This document shows, piece after piece, positions 11,690 through 24,026 of a stretch of 64,000 nucleotides of DNA. Source of the DNA: Eledone cirrhosa (taxonomy: Eukaryota); the NCBI GenBank assembly GCA_964016885.1, contig OZ024744.1:57536001-57600000 (forward strand), read 5' to 3'. The notes beneath the pieces were generated by a model. That model ran no database searches and was not told the DNA's origin. It saw only the letters and a list, made by a program, of their open reading frames with translations. Position 1 is the first letter of the stretch, and each line of letters opens with the position of its first letter. A program made the translations under genes and the position numbers.

Positions 11690-12215
11690 GCCTATGTGAA
11701 AATTGCAATGGTACATGGGCGTTAGATGTAGGTCAAGAATACAGAGGATTTGTGAAGCAGAAAAACTATCTGTAGAAGCAAACAAGAAACCCCGGGTAGT
11801 GGACGGGTTTGTGTACTTTGGCAGTACCTTAAGTGTATTATGCAGCCTTGACAATGAAATATCATCAAGAATCAGCAAGGCTAGTGATGTCTTTAGAAAA
11901 TTGGAAAAGCAACTGTGGTCTCAGCGAGGTATCTCTATTGATACTGAAGTAAAGGCCAATGTAACTTCTCTATTGTGTGTTTACAAGATCTAGGTTACTT
12001 GCCAAAAGCATCTAAAATAGCTGGAGCACTTTCATTAATGGTGTATTTGGAAAATCTTGGGTTTACCTGGAGGATGTATGTGAGGGATGTTGAGGTCCTT
12101 GAAAAATGTCACTAACAGAGTATAGAGTTGATTATCTTGCAATACTGTCTCCGATGGTTCGGGTATGTGGGGAGAATAGAGGACTGAAGGTTACCAAAAC
12201 AACTCTTTTATGACG
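11690..12215 (+). pseudogene. Old RTE LINE C-terminal fragment
   Basis: VDGFVYFGSTLS..LDNEISSRISKASDVFRKLEKQLWSQRGI, homologous to ORF 12225-14387. Confidence 0.8.
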
Positions 12216-12275
12216 AACTGAAGGATGTATATATGTATGTATATATATATATATATATGTGTATATATATATATG

Positions 12276-12407
<132 letters not shown>

Positions 12408-12408
12408 T

Positions 12409-12440
<32 letters not shown>

Positions 12441-12477
12441 CTACATATATATGTGTATGTATATATGTATGTATATA

Positions 12478-14387
12478 TGTTGAGATGGCGGGAACACTTT
12501 GACGAACTTCTCAATAGGGATTCAGAGGTTGACGAAGAGTTTATCAGGTCCATACCTGATAAGCCAGTAAAGGAAATCCTTGCTGAGCCTCCAACGATCG
12601 AGGAGGTTAAAAGTGCTGTCAGGAAACTCAATGGTGGGAAGTCGCCTGGATTGGATGGGCTGTATGCTGAGATCTTGAAGCACGGTGGAGAGAATCTCTT
12701 GCACCGACTTCATTCTTTGGTTCTGGATGCCTGGAACAACAATCATGTTCCCGATGACTGGAAGGATGCTGTGATGGTTGTTTTGTACAAGGGAAAGGGA
12801 GACAGGGATAACTGCGGAAACTATCGTGGGATATCACTGTTGTCTGTTGTTGGCAAAGTTCTCTGTAGAATTCTGTTGGACCATCTATTGCTCCCCATTG
12901 CTGATGAAGCTCTACCAGAGTCGCAATCGGGCTTTCGGGCTGGGCGTGGCACTGTGGACATGATCTTTACAGCCAGACAACTGCAGGAAAAGTGTGTTGA
13001 GCAGAATGTGGATCTCTACCAGGTGTTTGTTGATCTGACAAAGGCGTTTGACACGGTCAACAGAAAGGCTTTATGGGATATCTTGAGGAAGCCGGTGTGC
13101 CCTGAGAAGTTTGTTTCCATTTTGCATTTGTTTCATGATGACATGAAGGCATGGGTAAATGTTGGTGGAAAGCTCTCTGGGCCGGTGACGGTCGAGAATG
13201 GAGTCAAACAGGGTGACATTCCAGCTCCAATGCTCTTTGCTTTGTACTTCTCCATTGTCTTCGAACAGGCCTTCGGGAACTGCAATCATGGTATATATGT
13301 TCGCTATCGATCAACTGGAAAGCTGTTTAATATCAGGAGGTTCAATGCTAAGTCGAAGGTTCACTTGTCACTAATCAGGGATTTGCTTTATGCAGATGAC
13401 TGTGACCTGGTAGCGCACACAGAGATTGATATGCAGCATTTCATGGATGCATTTTCTAATGCGTGTACTGCATTGGGACTTACCATAAGCCTGAAAAAGA
13501 CAGTAGCCATGTACCAACCAGCCCCTGGGAAGCCATGTTGTGAGCCCAACATCTTGGTTTATGGTGAAAGGCTAAGGGTCGTTGGCAGTTTCGTATATCT
13601 TGGAAGCACTCTGAGTATGTCCTGCGATCTTGATGGGGAAATATCAAACAGGATACAGAAAGCCAGTGATGCTTTTGGAAAACTGAACAAGCGTCTCTGG
13701 TCTCAACACGGAATTTTGGTAAAGACAAAGCTCAAAGTGTATCATGCGTGTGTGCTCGTGGCACTTCTTTACGTTTGTGAGACGTGGGTGGTCTACCGTA
13801 GACAGATGATGCGACTTGAGGGGTTCCACCAGTACTGCTTACGTCGGATCCTCGGCATAACTTGGCAAATGTTTGTCAGTGACGTCGAGGTTCTGGACAG
13901 AAGTGGCTGTGATAGTGTCGAGTCCTTGATTTTGAAACATCAGCTACGCTGGACAGGCCATCTTGTAAGGATGAATGACAAGCGAATGCCAAAGCAGCTG
14001 CTTTATAGTGAGCTCCAAATGGGAAAAAACAACGTGAGCAAACCCAAGATGCGTTTTAAGGACTGCATCAAGGGGGCGCTCAAGAAAAGTAACATCCCTT
14101 GTGAGCACTGGGAAGCATGCGCTAGCGACCAATCGCATTGGAGGAAAGCAGTGGCTAGTGGCAAGAGTCTATTTGAGGAAACAAGAAGAAGGCAAGCGAC
14201 ACTAAGAAGAGATGTCCGGAAAGGAATCCATGTTGGCCTTCCTGAAGGCACTGACAGACGACCTGACCTGACATGTGAGACCTGTAATAGGGTTTGTCTG
14301 AGCATGGCAGGTCTAAAGAGTCACCTGAGAGTGCACAAGAACAGGGAAGCAGGCACCTATAAGTGTTCATCAGACGACGACATGTAA
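12478..14387 (+). CDS. Partial RTE reverse transcriptase ORF (true start lost; the upstream YI-repeat is microsatellite)
   Basis: Open frame carrying the RT motifs and the C2H2 finger [21 protein letters not shown]. Confidence 0.75.
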
Positions 14388-14620
14388 TGTTTGTGGAAGG
14401 GTATGCAGGTTGAGTAATGATCTCACACGACACATTGGGTCACATGGTACCATGGGGCCAGCACTAAGTGTCAATAATTGTCACAAGTGTCGTGTTTGTA
14501 CCAGAGTTTTTAAGTCGCTGGCTGGACTAAAAAGCCACACTCGTTTAGTGTATCGGTAGGGGGTTCTCCTACATGGATATAAAGTAGTGGCCGTACTCAA
14601 AAACGAGTTGGCAGCCACCA
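12478..14620 (+). mobile_element. 5'-truncated RTE (BovB-like) LINE with uninterrupted RT ORF
   Basis: [49 protein letters not shown]-terminal CxxC..HxxxH finger. 3' end CGAGTTGGCAGCCACC. Confidence 0.95.
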
Positions 14621-14674
14621 TATATGTATGTATATATATATATATGTATATATATGTATGTATATATATATATA

Positions 14675-15435
14675 TTTCCCTGTACATCTACTGCATACAT
14701 ATTTCTCCCTAACAGGTAGGGAGAAATATGTATGCAGTAGATGTACAGGGAAATTAGACAGTAGAAGTCGCATTGATAGACACATTTTTCAAATGCAGGA
14801 GGGCGCTATAGAAGTGGTGGATAGCTTCCGGTACCTACGAGATCAGATTAGCATGGGAGGAGGGTGTTCCGAGGCCATAGTATCTAGAATAAGGACGGGT
14901 TGGAAGAAGTTTAGGGAGCTGCTTCCTCTGTTGATGAAGAAGGGTTTCTCCCTGGTAACGAAAGGCCGGTTGTATGATGCCTGTGTGAGGAGCGCGATGC
15001 TGCATGGTAGTGAGACATGGGCAGCAACTGCAGAGGATATTCGACGGCTGGAGAGAAATGAGGCAAGCATGCTCCGTTGGATGTGCAGTGTAAATGTGCG
15101 TGAATGACCCAGCATAAATGTGTTGAGAGAGAAACTGTGTCTGAGAGGGATAGAATGTAGTGTACGGGAGAGGAGACTGAGGTGGTATGGACATGTGATG
15201 CACATGGAGCATGACCGATGGGTGAAGAAGTGCCAGGAAATGCCAGTTGAAGAAAGACGTGGTAGAGGTAGACCACGAAAAACATGGGCGGAGGTGGTGA
15301 GAACAGACCTCAGATCGCTGAAGCTCACGGTGGAGATGACGAAGGACCGTGACGAGTAGAGAGATGCTGTGCTGAATAAGACCCGTCCCACCCTTGCAAG
15401 CAGGGAAAAGCGGACGTAAAATGATGATGATGATG

Positions 15436-15436
<1 letters not shown>
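14675..15436 (+). mobile_element. RTE family B 3' fragment with a 5' fold-back hairpin
   Basis: [33 protein letters not shown]; (GAT)n tail. Inverted repeat at 14675-14753. Confidence 0.9.
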
Positions 15437-15472
<36 letters not shown>

Positions 15473-16011
15473 TATGTATATATATATATGTCGGTATATA
15501 TATATGTATATATATATGTATATATATGTATGTATATATATATGTATGTATGTATATATATATATGTATATATATGTATATATATGTATATATATATATG
15601 TATATATGTGTATATATATATGTATATATATTGTATATATATGTATGTATTTGTATATATATATATATATGTATATATATGTATGTATATATATATATAT
15701 ATACCAGTTCCCGTCCCACCCTTGCAAGCAGGGAAAAAGCGGACGTAAAATGAAATGATGATGATGATGATATATATATATATATGTATAAATATATATA
15801 GATATATATGTATGTGTATATATATGTATGTATATATGTATATATATGTATGTATATATGTATATATATGTATGTATATATGTATATATATGTATGTATA
15901 TATGTATATATATGTATGTATATATATATATATGTATATATGTATGTATATATATATATATGTATATATGTATGTATATATATATATATGTATATATGTA
16001 TATATATGTAT

Positions 16012-16047
<36 letters not shown>

Positions 16048-16154
16048 GTATGTATATATGTATATATGTATATGTATGTATGTATATATATATATATATG
16101 TATATGTATGTATGTATGTATATATATATATATATGTATATATGTATATGTATG

Positions 16155-16199
<45 letters not shown>

Positions 16200-16200
16200 G

Positions 16201-16241
<41 letters not shown>

Positions 16242-16312
16242 GTATGTATATATGTATATATATGTATGTATATATATATGTGTATATATATATATATATG
16301 TATATATATGTG

Positions 16313-16343
<31 letters not shown>

Positions 16344-16427
16344 GTATGTGTATATATATATATATAGATATATATGTATATATATGTATGTATATATATA
16401 TGTGTATATATATATATATATGTATAT

Positions 16428-16461
<34 letters not shown>

Positions 16462-16512
16462 ATGTATGTGTATATATATATATATAGATATATATGTATA
16501 TATATGTATGTG

Positions 16513-16543
<31 letters not shown>

Positions 16544-16544
16544 G

Positions 16545-16587
<43 letters not shown>

Positions 16588-16858
16588 GTATGTATATATG
16601 TATATATATGTATGTATATATGTATATATATGTATGTATATATGTATATATATGTATATATATATGTATATATATGTATGTATATATGTATATATATGTA
16701 TGTATATATGTATATATATGTATGTATATATGTATATATATGTATATATATATGTATATATATATGTATATATATGTATATATATATGTATGTATATATA
16801 TATATGTATATATATGTATTTATATATATAACTTAACTTTGATATATATATATATGTA
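15437..16858. repeat. (TA)n/(TATG)n compound microsatellite containing an isolated SINE2/RTE-B 3' tail at 15703-15770
   Basis: Seen directly in the sequence. Confidence 0.95.
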
Positions 16859-16859
16859 A

Positions 16860-17600
16860 AATTTCAAGTTATCAGTAATGTAGTGATAATATATCGTCAC
16901 ATTAGAGATGAACAATTAGAGATGAAATCTACATTTTCATATTACAAACGGTATAAGGATTGAAAGCCTGTCTCCATCCCCGTTTCATTGTCAAAATACA
17001 TATTAACATTATCTCTATTAGTTTTAATTCTATCAACACTTCTATTCTTTATCATTTAACATAAAATGCTATAGATAAAATAAGATTTCTCAATTCAATT
17101 CCCTAAAGCATATACCAAAGGGCTACCAGCATTGTTGTTATACAGTAGCAGTGAAAATCTCTCTTTCTTACTTGACACCTTATATCTGTATTAATAATAC
17201 CTCACCAAACCACCAGCCCTGTCCATTGTTCAACTGGTCAAATATAAATTAAAATCGGCACACCCAAAGATTCTTATTTAGATAAAATAAGCTATATACA
17301 CATTGTATTCTCATTAAAAACCTTCTATATACTTGTTTACCAGCAAATTTAATTGCCAGCAAATCGAATTGCCATCTGTCATATACTTTCCCCTCTCCCT
17401 TTCCTTTCTTATGACTAATATAAATACTTTGATTTTTCTGATTTTTTCCAATTTATCCAATATCTCTGAAGAAGTGACAACTGATTATACATTTGCTATC
17501 GAATACTTGCTAACATATGATTACGCAAGCAGCGATACATAGGTATTCCGTCTGTTACAGAAACATATGTCAATACCTAATAAATTCCTTTATAAAAGCA
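16860..17600 (+). mobile_element. Penelope-like 3' remnant with hammerhead
   Basis: EIYIFILQTV*GL at ~16924 resembles a GIY-YIG C-terminus. HHR at 17461-17575, then AATAAA. Confidence 0.55.
17461..17575 (+). ncRNA. Hammerhead motif with ~85-nt stem II region
   Basis: CTGAAGA-A-GTGACA...TGTTAC-A-GAAAC-ATAT-GTC^. Stem I is imperfect. Confidence 0.6.
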
Positions 17601-17717
17601 CTTTCATTTTATATTCATCTTTTATATATATATATGTATGTATATATGTATGTGTATATATATATATATGTATATATATGTAAATATATATGTATATATA
17701 TATATATATGTACATAT

Positions 17718-17982
17718 ATACAATATGTTGAAAAGGTAACACACTAAAGAGAGATAGTGTGCCATCAATAAAACAGGGAAAACCACCAGTGTATGGCGTC
17801 TATAACCTATGGACTCCATACACTGGTGGTTTTCCCTGTTTTATTGATGGCACACTATCTCTCTCTCTAGTGTGTTACCTTTTCAACATATTGTATTTTA
17901 AAGAGCTCAGGATTCCTTTTCCTTTTATCACATTATTGACAGGGAATAACGAGTGTCTATGGCTCTGTTAATTTATCGTCAT
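17718..17982. repeat. Fold-back element (palindrome 17718-17895 plus a unique arm); second copy at 53351-53550
   Basis: About 80-bp inverted arms. The reverse complement matches 53351-53530. Inserted in (TA)n. Confidence 0.8.
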
Positions 17983-18089
17983 ACATATATAAATGTATAG
18001 TCCAGACCCATGCTAGCGTGGAAGATGGACGTTAAACGATGATGATGATGATGATGATGATATATGTATATATATATATATATATATGT

Positions 18090-20865
18090 ATCAATGCCAA
18101 AACGCTTATCAGCACAGCAACAAATAGGAACAACAACAAAATATGAAGACATCGCATCTCAGAGTTGCAACACTTAATGTTGGCACTCTCAGAAGTAGGT
18201 CTGCTGAAATAGCGGAGATGCTGGAGAGAAGGCAGGTGGATGTGTGCTGCGTGCAAGAGGTGAGATGGAGAGGTGCCTCTGCGAGACTAGTCGTAGGTAA
18301 ACGTCTTAGCTATAAGCTATTCTGGGTAGGTAAGGATGATGGGTTAGGGGGAGTAGGCATTTTCCTGGCTGAGAAATGGATCAATAAGACAATAGAGGTA
18401 GTTCGAGTTAGTAATCGAATAATTAAGCTTAGATTAGTTGTAGGTAGGAGACTACTGACAATCATCTCGGTCTATGCTCCTCAAGCAGGCCTAGGCAAAG
18501 ATGAGAAAGACTGCTTTTATGAGCAACTTTTGCAAACAACCGCAATGACAGAGGACGGAGACATCGTTGTGCTAGCAGGGGACTTCAATGGTCATGTTGG
18601 ACAGCTCCAGGATGGTTGCACTGGGGTACATGGTGGGCACGGTTACGGTTCAAGAAATGAAGGAGTGAGACTTCTTGAATTTTGTGATGCAGGTACATTG
18701 ACTATTTGCAACACAAACTTCCAGAAACCTGCCAATCACCTAATAACCTACAAATCTGGTGAGCACATAAGCCAGATTGACTTCCTGCTAGTTAGGCAGC
18801 GGGACAGGCAGATAGTGTCTAATACCAAGGCATACCCCGGGGAAGAATGTACCCCACAGCATAGGTTAGTTGTTAGTGATATCTCAGTAAGCAAGAGATG
18901 GAATGAGACATATAGGAAGGTGTGGAGAAGAAAGGTCTGGAAGCTAAAAGACCTTTCACTAAAATACAAATTTTGGAAAGCCCTTCAAGATGTATATGAC
19001 GAAAAAGAAGATGATTTAGAGACGTATGACAGATAATTATTGGAATTTCTTACGTGACAACTTGCTGCAGGCTACTGATGAAACTTGTGGCTGGAGCAAA
19101 GCTCCAACCAGACAGAGAGTGACCTGGTGGTGGAACAGCACAGTAGATAAGGCTATTAGAGACAAAAGACTAGCATGGAAGGCTTGGAAAAAGGGTGGGA
19201 GTAGGGAAGAATATACAGCCACTAAGAGAGAAGCTAGACGTCAGGTGTACTTAGCACGCAGGGAGGCTGAGAGTAGGAGGTTTGCCAATGTTCTGCGATG
19301 GGAAGATCAGAGGCGTGCAGTGTTCCACATTGCAAGGCAGTGTGTCAATGCAAATCAGGATGTTGTTGGAGATAAATGTGTCCGGGATGATGCCAGTGTA
19401 CTTAGTGTCACGAATGATCAGAAAAAGGAGGCCTGGAAATGTCATTATGAGAGACTGATGAATGTGGAGAACAAATGGGAGAGAGAGAAATTACCCTTGG
19501 TAGATCCGACAGAGGGACCAGCTATTGAGATTGACGAATATAGAGTCCAAGAGGCAATTAGGGAAATGAAAAATGGTAAGGCTGCCGGACCATCGGGAAT
19601 AGTTGCTGAGATGCTGAAGGCATCAGGGGACGTAGGCACTAAACTGGTTGCACGCATCATCAATCAGGCTATACATGGTGGTGTCATACCCAAAGACTGG
19701 TTCAGCAGTATTCTCATAAATTGCTACAAAGGTAAAGGGGATGCTCTGGAGAGGAGCAATTATAGGGGTATAAAACTGATAGATCAGGTTATGAAAGTGG
19801 CAGAAAGGATTTTAGCACAACTAATTAGAGAAAGGGTCAAACTAGATGAGATGCAGTTTGGTTTTGTGCCTGGGAAGAGTACAACAGATGCCCTCTTGGT
19901 GAGACAATTGCAAGAGAGGTTCTTAGAGAAGAATAAGCCACTATACTTAGCCTTTGTTGACCTAGAGAAGGCCTTTGATAGGGTACCCCGATCTGTCATC
20001 TGGTGGTCCCTAAGGAAGCTAGGTGTTGAGGAATGGCTTGTGAGGACAGTGCAAACTTTGTACAGAGGTACTCTCAGTAAAGTCAGGGTAGGAATGGAGT
20101 TTAGTGAGGAATTCCAGATACAAGTAGGAGTACATCAGGGTTCGGTCCTCAGCCCACTCTTGTTCATTATAGTCCTCCAAGCCATAACAGAGGAGTTTAA
20201 GACTGGATGTCTATGGGAACTTCTCTATGTTGACGATCTGGTTCTTATAGCAGAATCAGTGGAGGAGCTAGAGAATAAATTCTGGCTATGGAAACAGCAG
20301 TTGGAAGCAAGAGGACTGAGAGTGAATCTAGCTAAGACAAAAGTGTTGATGAGTAGAAAAGAGGACAAAACCCTGATTTCGTCAGGGAAATGTTCCCTCT
20401 GTTGACAAAGAAGGGTTTCTCCCTGCGTACGAAAGGCCGGTTGTATGATGCCTGTGTGAGGAGCGCGATGCTGCATGGTAGTGAGACATGGGCAGCAACT
20501 GCAGAGGATATGCGACGGCTGGAGAGAAATGAGGCAAGCATGCTCCGTTGGATGTGCAGTGTAAATGTGCGTGAACGACCCAGCATAAATGTGTTGAGAG
20601 AGAAACTGTGTCTGAGAGGGATAGAATGTAGTGTACGGGAGAGGAGACTGAGGTGGTATGGACATGTGATGCACATGGAGCATGACCGATGGGTGAAGAA
20701 GTGCCAGGAAATGCCAGTTGAAGAAAGACGTGGTAGAGGTAGACCACGAAAAACATGGGCGGAGGTGGTGAGAACAGACCTCAGATCATTGAAGCTCACG
20801 GTGGAGATGACGAAGGACCGTGACGAGTGGAGAGATGCTGTGCTGAATAAGACCTGTCCCACTCT
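18090..20865 (+). mobile_element. RTE family B LINE, near full length, frameshifted, with an internal deletion
   Basis: ORF 18143-19036 is the APE (LRVATLNVGTL, CVQE, GDFN, QIDF). ORF 19026-20405 is the RT (FVDLEKAFD, GVHQGSVLSP, LYVDD). ORF 20390-20908 is the C-terminus. Confidence 0.95.
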
Positions 20866-21065
20866 TGTGAGTTCGATTCCTGGACCGGGCGATGCATTAT
20901 GTCCTTGAGCAAGACACTTTATTTCACGTTGCTCCTTCTACCTGGAGTTGCGACCAATAGATAGTACTAGCAACTGGAAAGACCGATGGAAACATTGTTT
21001 CCTCGGTCCTATTTGACGAAACTCGATCGATCCTTAAATTATATATATGTATGTATGTATGTATG

Positions 21066-21230
21066 TTATAGCTACTGTCGCTCAGAGAGTGGGATTGGCT
21101 CAGTGCACAGTCTTTTGTCACTTTAAAAAATATCTTCACGCACAGACATTGCACGATAGAATTAATTATTATTAATAATGTTATATCGTGCAATGGCCAT
21201 ACTCGATAACGAGGGGGCAGCCATCATCAT
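21066..21230 (+). mobile_element. Truncated copy of an RTE-related non-autonomous element
   Basis: Matches 21539-21703. Confidence 0.7.
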
Positions 21231-21364
21231 GTATGTATGTATGTATGTATGTAGGAAGAACTTATAAGAGTTAACGGCCATCCAAAAGTGTATAAACATG
21301 TATATACACATGTACATATGTATGTATATGTGTATATACACATGCACCCACGTATATACACATA

Positions 21365-21705
21365 GAAATAGTCGGGCTGGACACCCGGTCGCACGGTTAA
21401 ACCACTGAGAGTGAGGGACCCCTAGCCTTTGTCAGGGCATTCTTCTTGGAGAAGGCAACTCAGAAAACTGCGATAACTCCGATACAAAACCTGCTGCTCA
21501 GTAGTTACCGATGATGTTGATCTTTTCTTCTTTTCGGGTTATAGCTACTGTCGCTCAGAGAGTGGGATTGGCTCGGTGCACAGTCTTTCCTCACTTTAAA
21601 AAATATCTTTACGCACAGGCATTGCACGATAGAATTAATTAATAATTATTAATAATGTTATATCATGCAATGGCCATACTCGATAGCGAGGGGGCAGCGA
21701 TCATG
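21365..21705 (+). mobile_element. Non-autonomous RTE-related retroposon (no tRNA boxes seen)
   Basis: 3' end TGGCCATACTCGATAGCGAGGGGGCAGC resembles the RTE end at 14588-14618. Internal hairpin CATTGCACGATA...TATC(A/G)TGCAATG. (TATG)n tail. Confidence 0.6.
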
Positions 21706-21729
21706 CATGCATGTATGTATGTATGTATG

Positions 21730-23170
21730 TTCTCTCTTTCTCTTAATTTCGAGTATATTTTTGACTGGCCACCTTCCTGGTGGCAAGGTTATAAAAGAAA
21801 AGAAATTGTCATCCCTTGAATCACTTGAATGTTTTGCAAATTTTGAAGGTGCCAGCTATCGCAACCATTTGTAGACTATGATTAGGGACTAATTAGGGAG
21901 CTGCGCTCTTTGTCCGCAAATCCAAGTTCAGTTATACATTGCTCCAAGCGGGTTGGTATATAACCCGTAGCTCCAATAATGATGGGTATGAAGCTAAAGG
22001 TGTATCTTGGATGGTGGATTTGTAAACTCCTCATCAATGGTCCGTAGATGTCCTCCTTCTCCTGTATTTTTCTGACAACGTTTACATCAAGTGGGCAGCT
22101 GATCTCCATAACAGAACATGTTTTCAATGTGTGGTCCCAAACAACAATATCAGGCCGGTAGTGCTTTAATTTGGTGGCAGTTTTTATTTCCAGGTTCCAC
22201 CAGTATTCCTTAGTGCCATCTGTCTCAATATATTCTTCCTCGTTTGTTGTTAATTTTGTTTTCCGAAGTGCGTTCCAGATGGTTCTAGCTATCCCATCGT
22301 GTCTCATGGGGAGGTAGTAGTGAGATGACATTCTTTCGCAGCTGGCAACAATGTGGCTTATATCCTCGATCTTTGTTTTACATAGCCTACATTTATTGTC
22401 AGCTGATGGCCCTCCCCTTTTGTGCAGCAGATATTTGGTAGGGAGTTCTTGTTCCTGTATTGCATAGAGATATCCCTCAAGGTGTGATGTCATAAACCTG
22501 TCAGAACTCCATGCCAAGCTTTTTGAGTGGTTTATCCCCTCTATGGTCTGTGTTTTACGTCTCAAGTATCCATGCACAACTTTTTCTGTAAATTGGTCAA
22601 TTTTTTCATCTTGTTTGAACATTGAATAGGATCTTCCGATTTCTCTTGGTGAAAGATTTATATCAGGCTTTATTCCATATCTCTCCTCCAGAATTGTGGC
22701 TATCCTAATGATATTTTTTCTTCATGCTCATAAACCTGGGCAAGATGGTTGCCAACCTTTTTCCGCTGTTGAAGATGTTGCTTCAGTGTTACTACCCGGG
22801 TCTTATATGAAGTTAATATGGATTTTTGACCCCGGCCACCTTCCTTGCGTGAGAAGTATAGCCTATCCACATCACCATTGATGTTAAAGTTCCCAGTAAC
22901 ACTGAGAAGTTTGCGAGTTCTAACATCCATCTCACTTAGTTCTTGCAATGACCAGTTCAGCAGGCCAAATGTTGGCGTTAGAATTGGCACAGCATAAGTA
23001 TTGTGGGCAATGTACTTGTTGTATGCTGACAGTTCTGATGACCATATTTTCTTTACTCTTCTGAGGTATTCAGTTCTGGTTCTCTCCTTATTTATGGGTC
23101 CATCATATCTGACATTCTCATGTATATATGTATGTTCTTCTGGTTTTATAATTTCACAAATTTTTACCAA
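21730..23170 (-). mobile_element. R4/Dong-type non-LTR retrotransposon 3' part (CCHC knuckle plus restriction-like endonuclease)
   Basis: RLYFSRKEGGRG; AIQEQ; CRLC..EDISHIVASC; RHDGIAR; RPDIVVWD; EISCP; PIIIGATG. Confidence 0.9.
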
Positions 23171-23189
23171 TAGAGAGAGAGTCAGTTTC

Positions 23190-23990
23190 TAACATAGACA
23201 CAAGACTCTCTCATTGGAATTTACACAACATCAACTAGGTAGATTATGTATGCATGTCTGCATGTGTAGATATGGATGTTATTGTATGTGTGGATGTGTA
23301 TGTTTTAAGTTGTATGTGTGCATGTGTATATGCTTTGTATCTGTACATGTGTATATGCAGTTATTAGATGCAAAATTTTTGGAGTGTTTTACATATTTTT
23401 ACTGTTCCATTAATGGATTGTACTTGTAATTTCCTAACTAGTTGTGTTCTTTCTGTTCCTGTGAAGCCCAGCTTCTCAAGATTTGTATTGAGGCAGTTAC
23501 TAACATATCCCAGTGTCCCAATAATCACAGGCATAAATCTGAAGGTGTAATCAGGGTGGAGTATCTGCAGATTTCTCATCAGTTCTGCATAGATATTCTC
23601 CTTTTCGCTAATCTTTGATATTATATTGGCATCTGCTGGGCAGCTAATTTCCACTACTGTGCATGCTTTCTTCGCCTTGTCCCATATCATAATATCTGGT
23701 CTGTTATGTCTGCATTTTATTGGGGTTTTTACTGGAACATTCCACCAGTACTCTTTCATATTATGTACATGGATCTTCCACATTGCTGTAGCTTTTAATG
23801 TGTTCATTATCGGGGCTATCTTTTTTACGAACTTCATTGCACAGTGTTTTGGCCACTACATCATGCCTCATAGGTAGATAGTACCACGATGACATCTTTG
23901 GACAGCTGCTGATGACATGGGTGATATCCTCGATGTTAGTTCTGCAGAGTCTGCACTTGTTATCACATCTAGGTGTTTTGCCTGCATCCC
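23190..23990 (-). mobile_element. Second R4/Dong-type RLE fragment
   Basis: EYWWN, HNRPDIMIWD, VEISCP, PVIIGTLG in ORF 23364-23837. Confidence 0.85.
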
Positions 23991-24026
23991 TATATGTATG
24001 TATGTGTGTGTGTGTGTGTATGTATA

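Noticed and set aside
15755-16859. Long Tyr/Ile-rich ORFs (also 51624-53108, 59238-61050, 62918-63998)
   Set aside because: They are translations of (TA)n/(TATG)n microsatellites.
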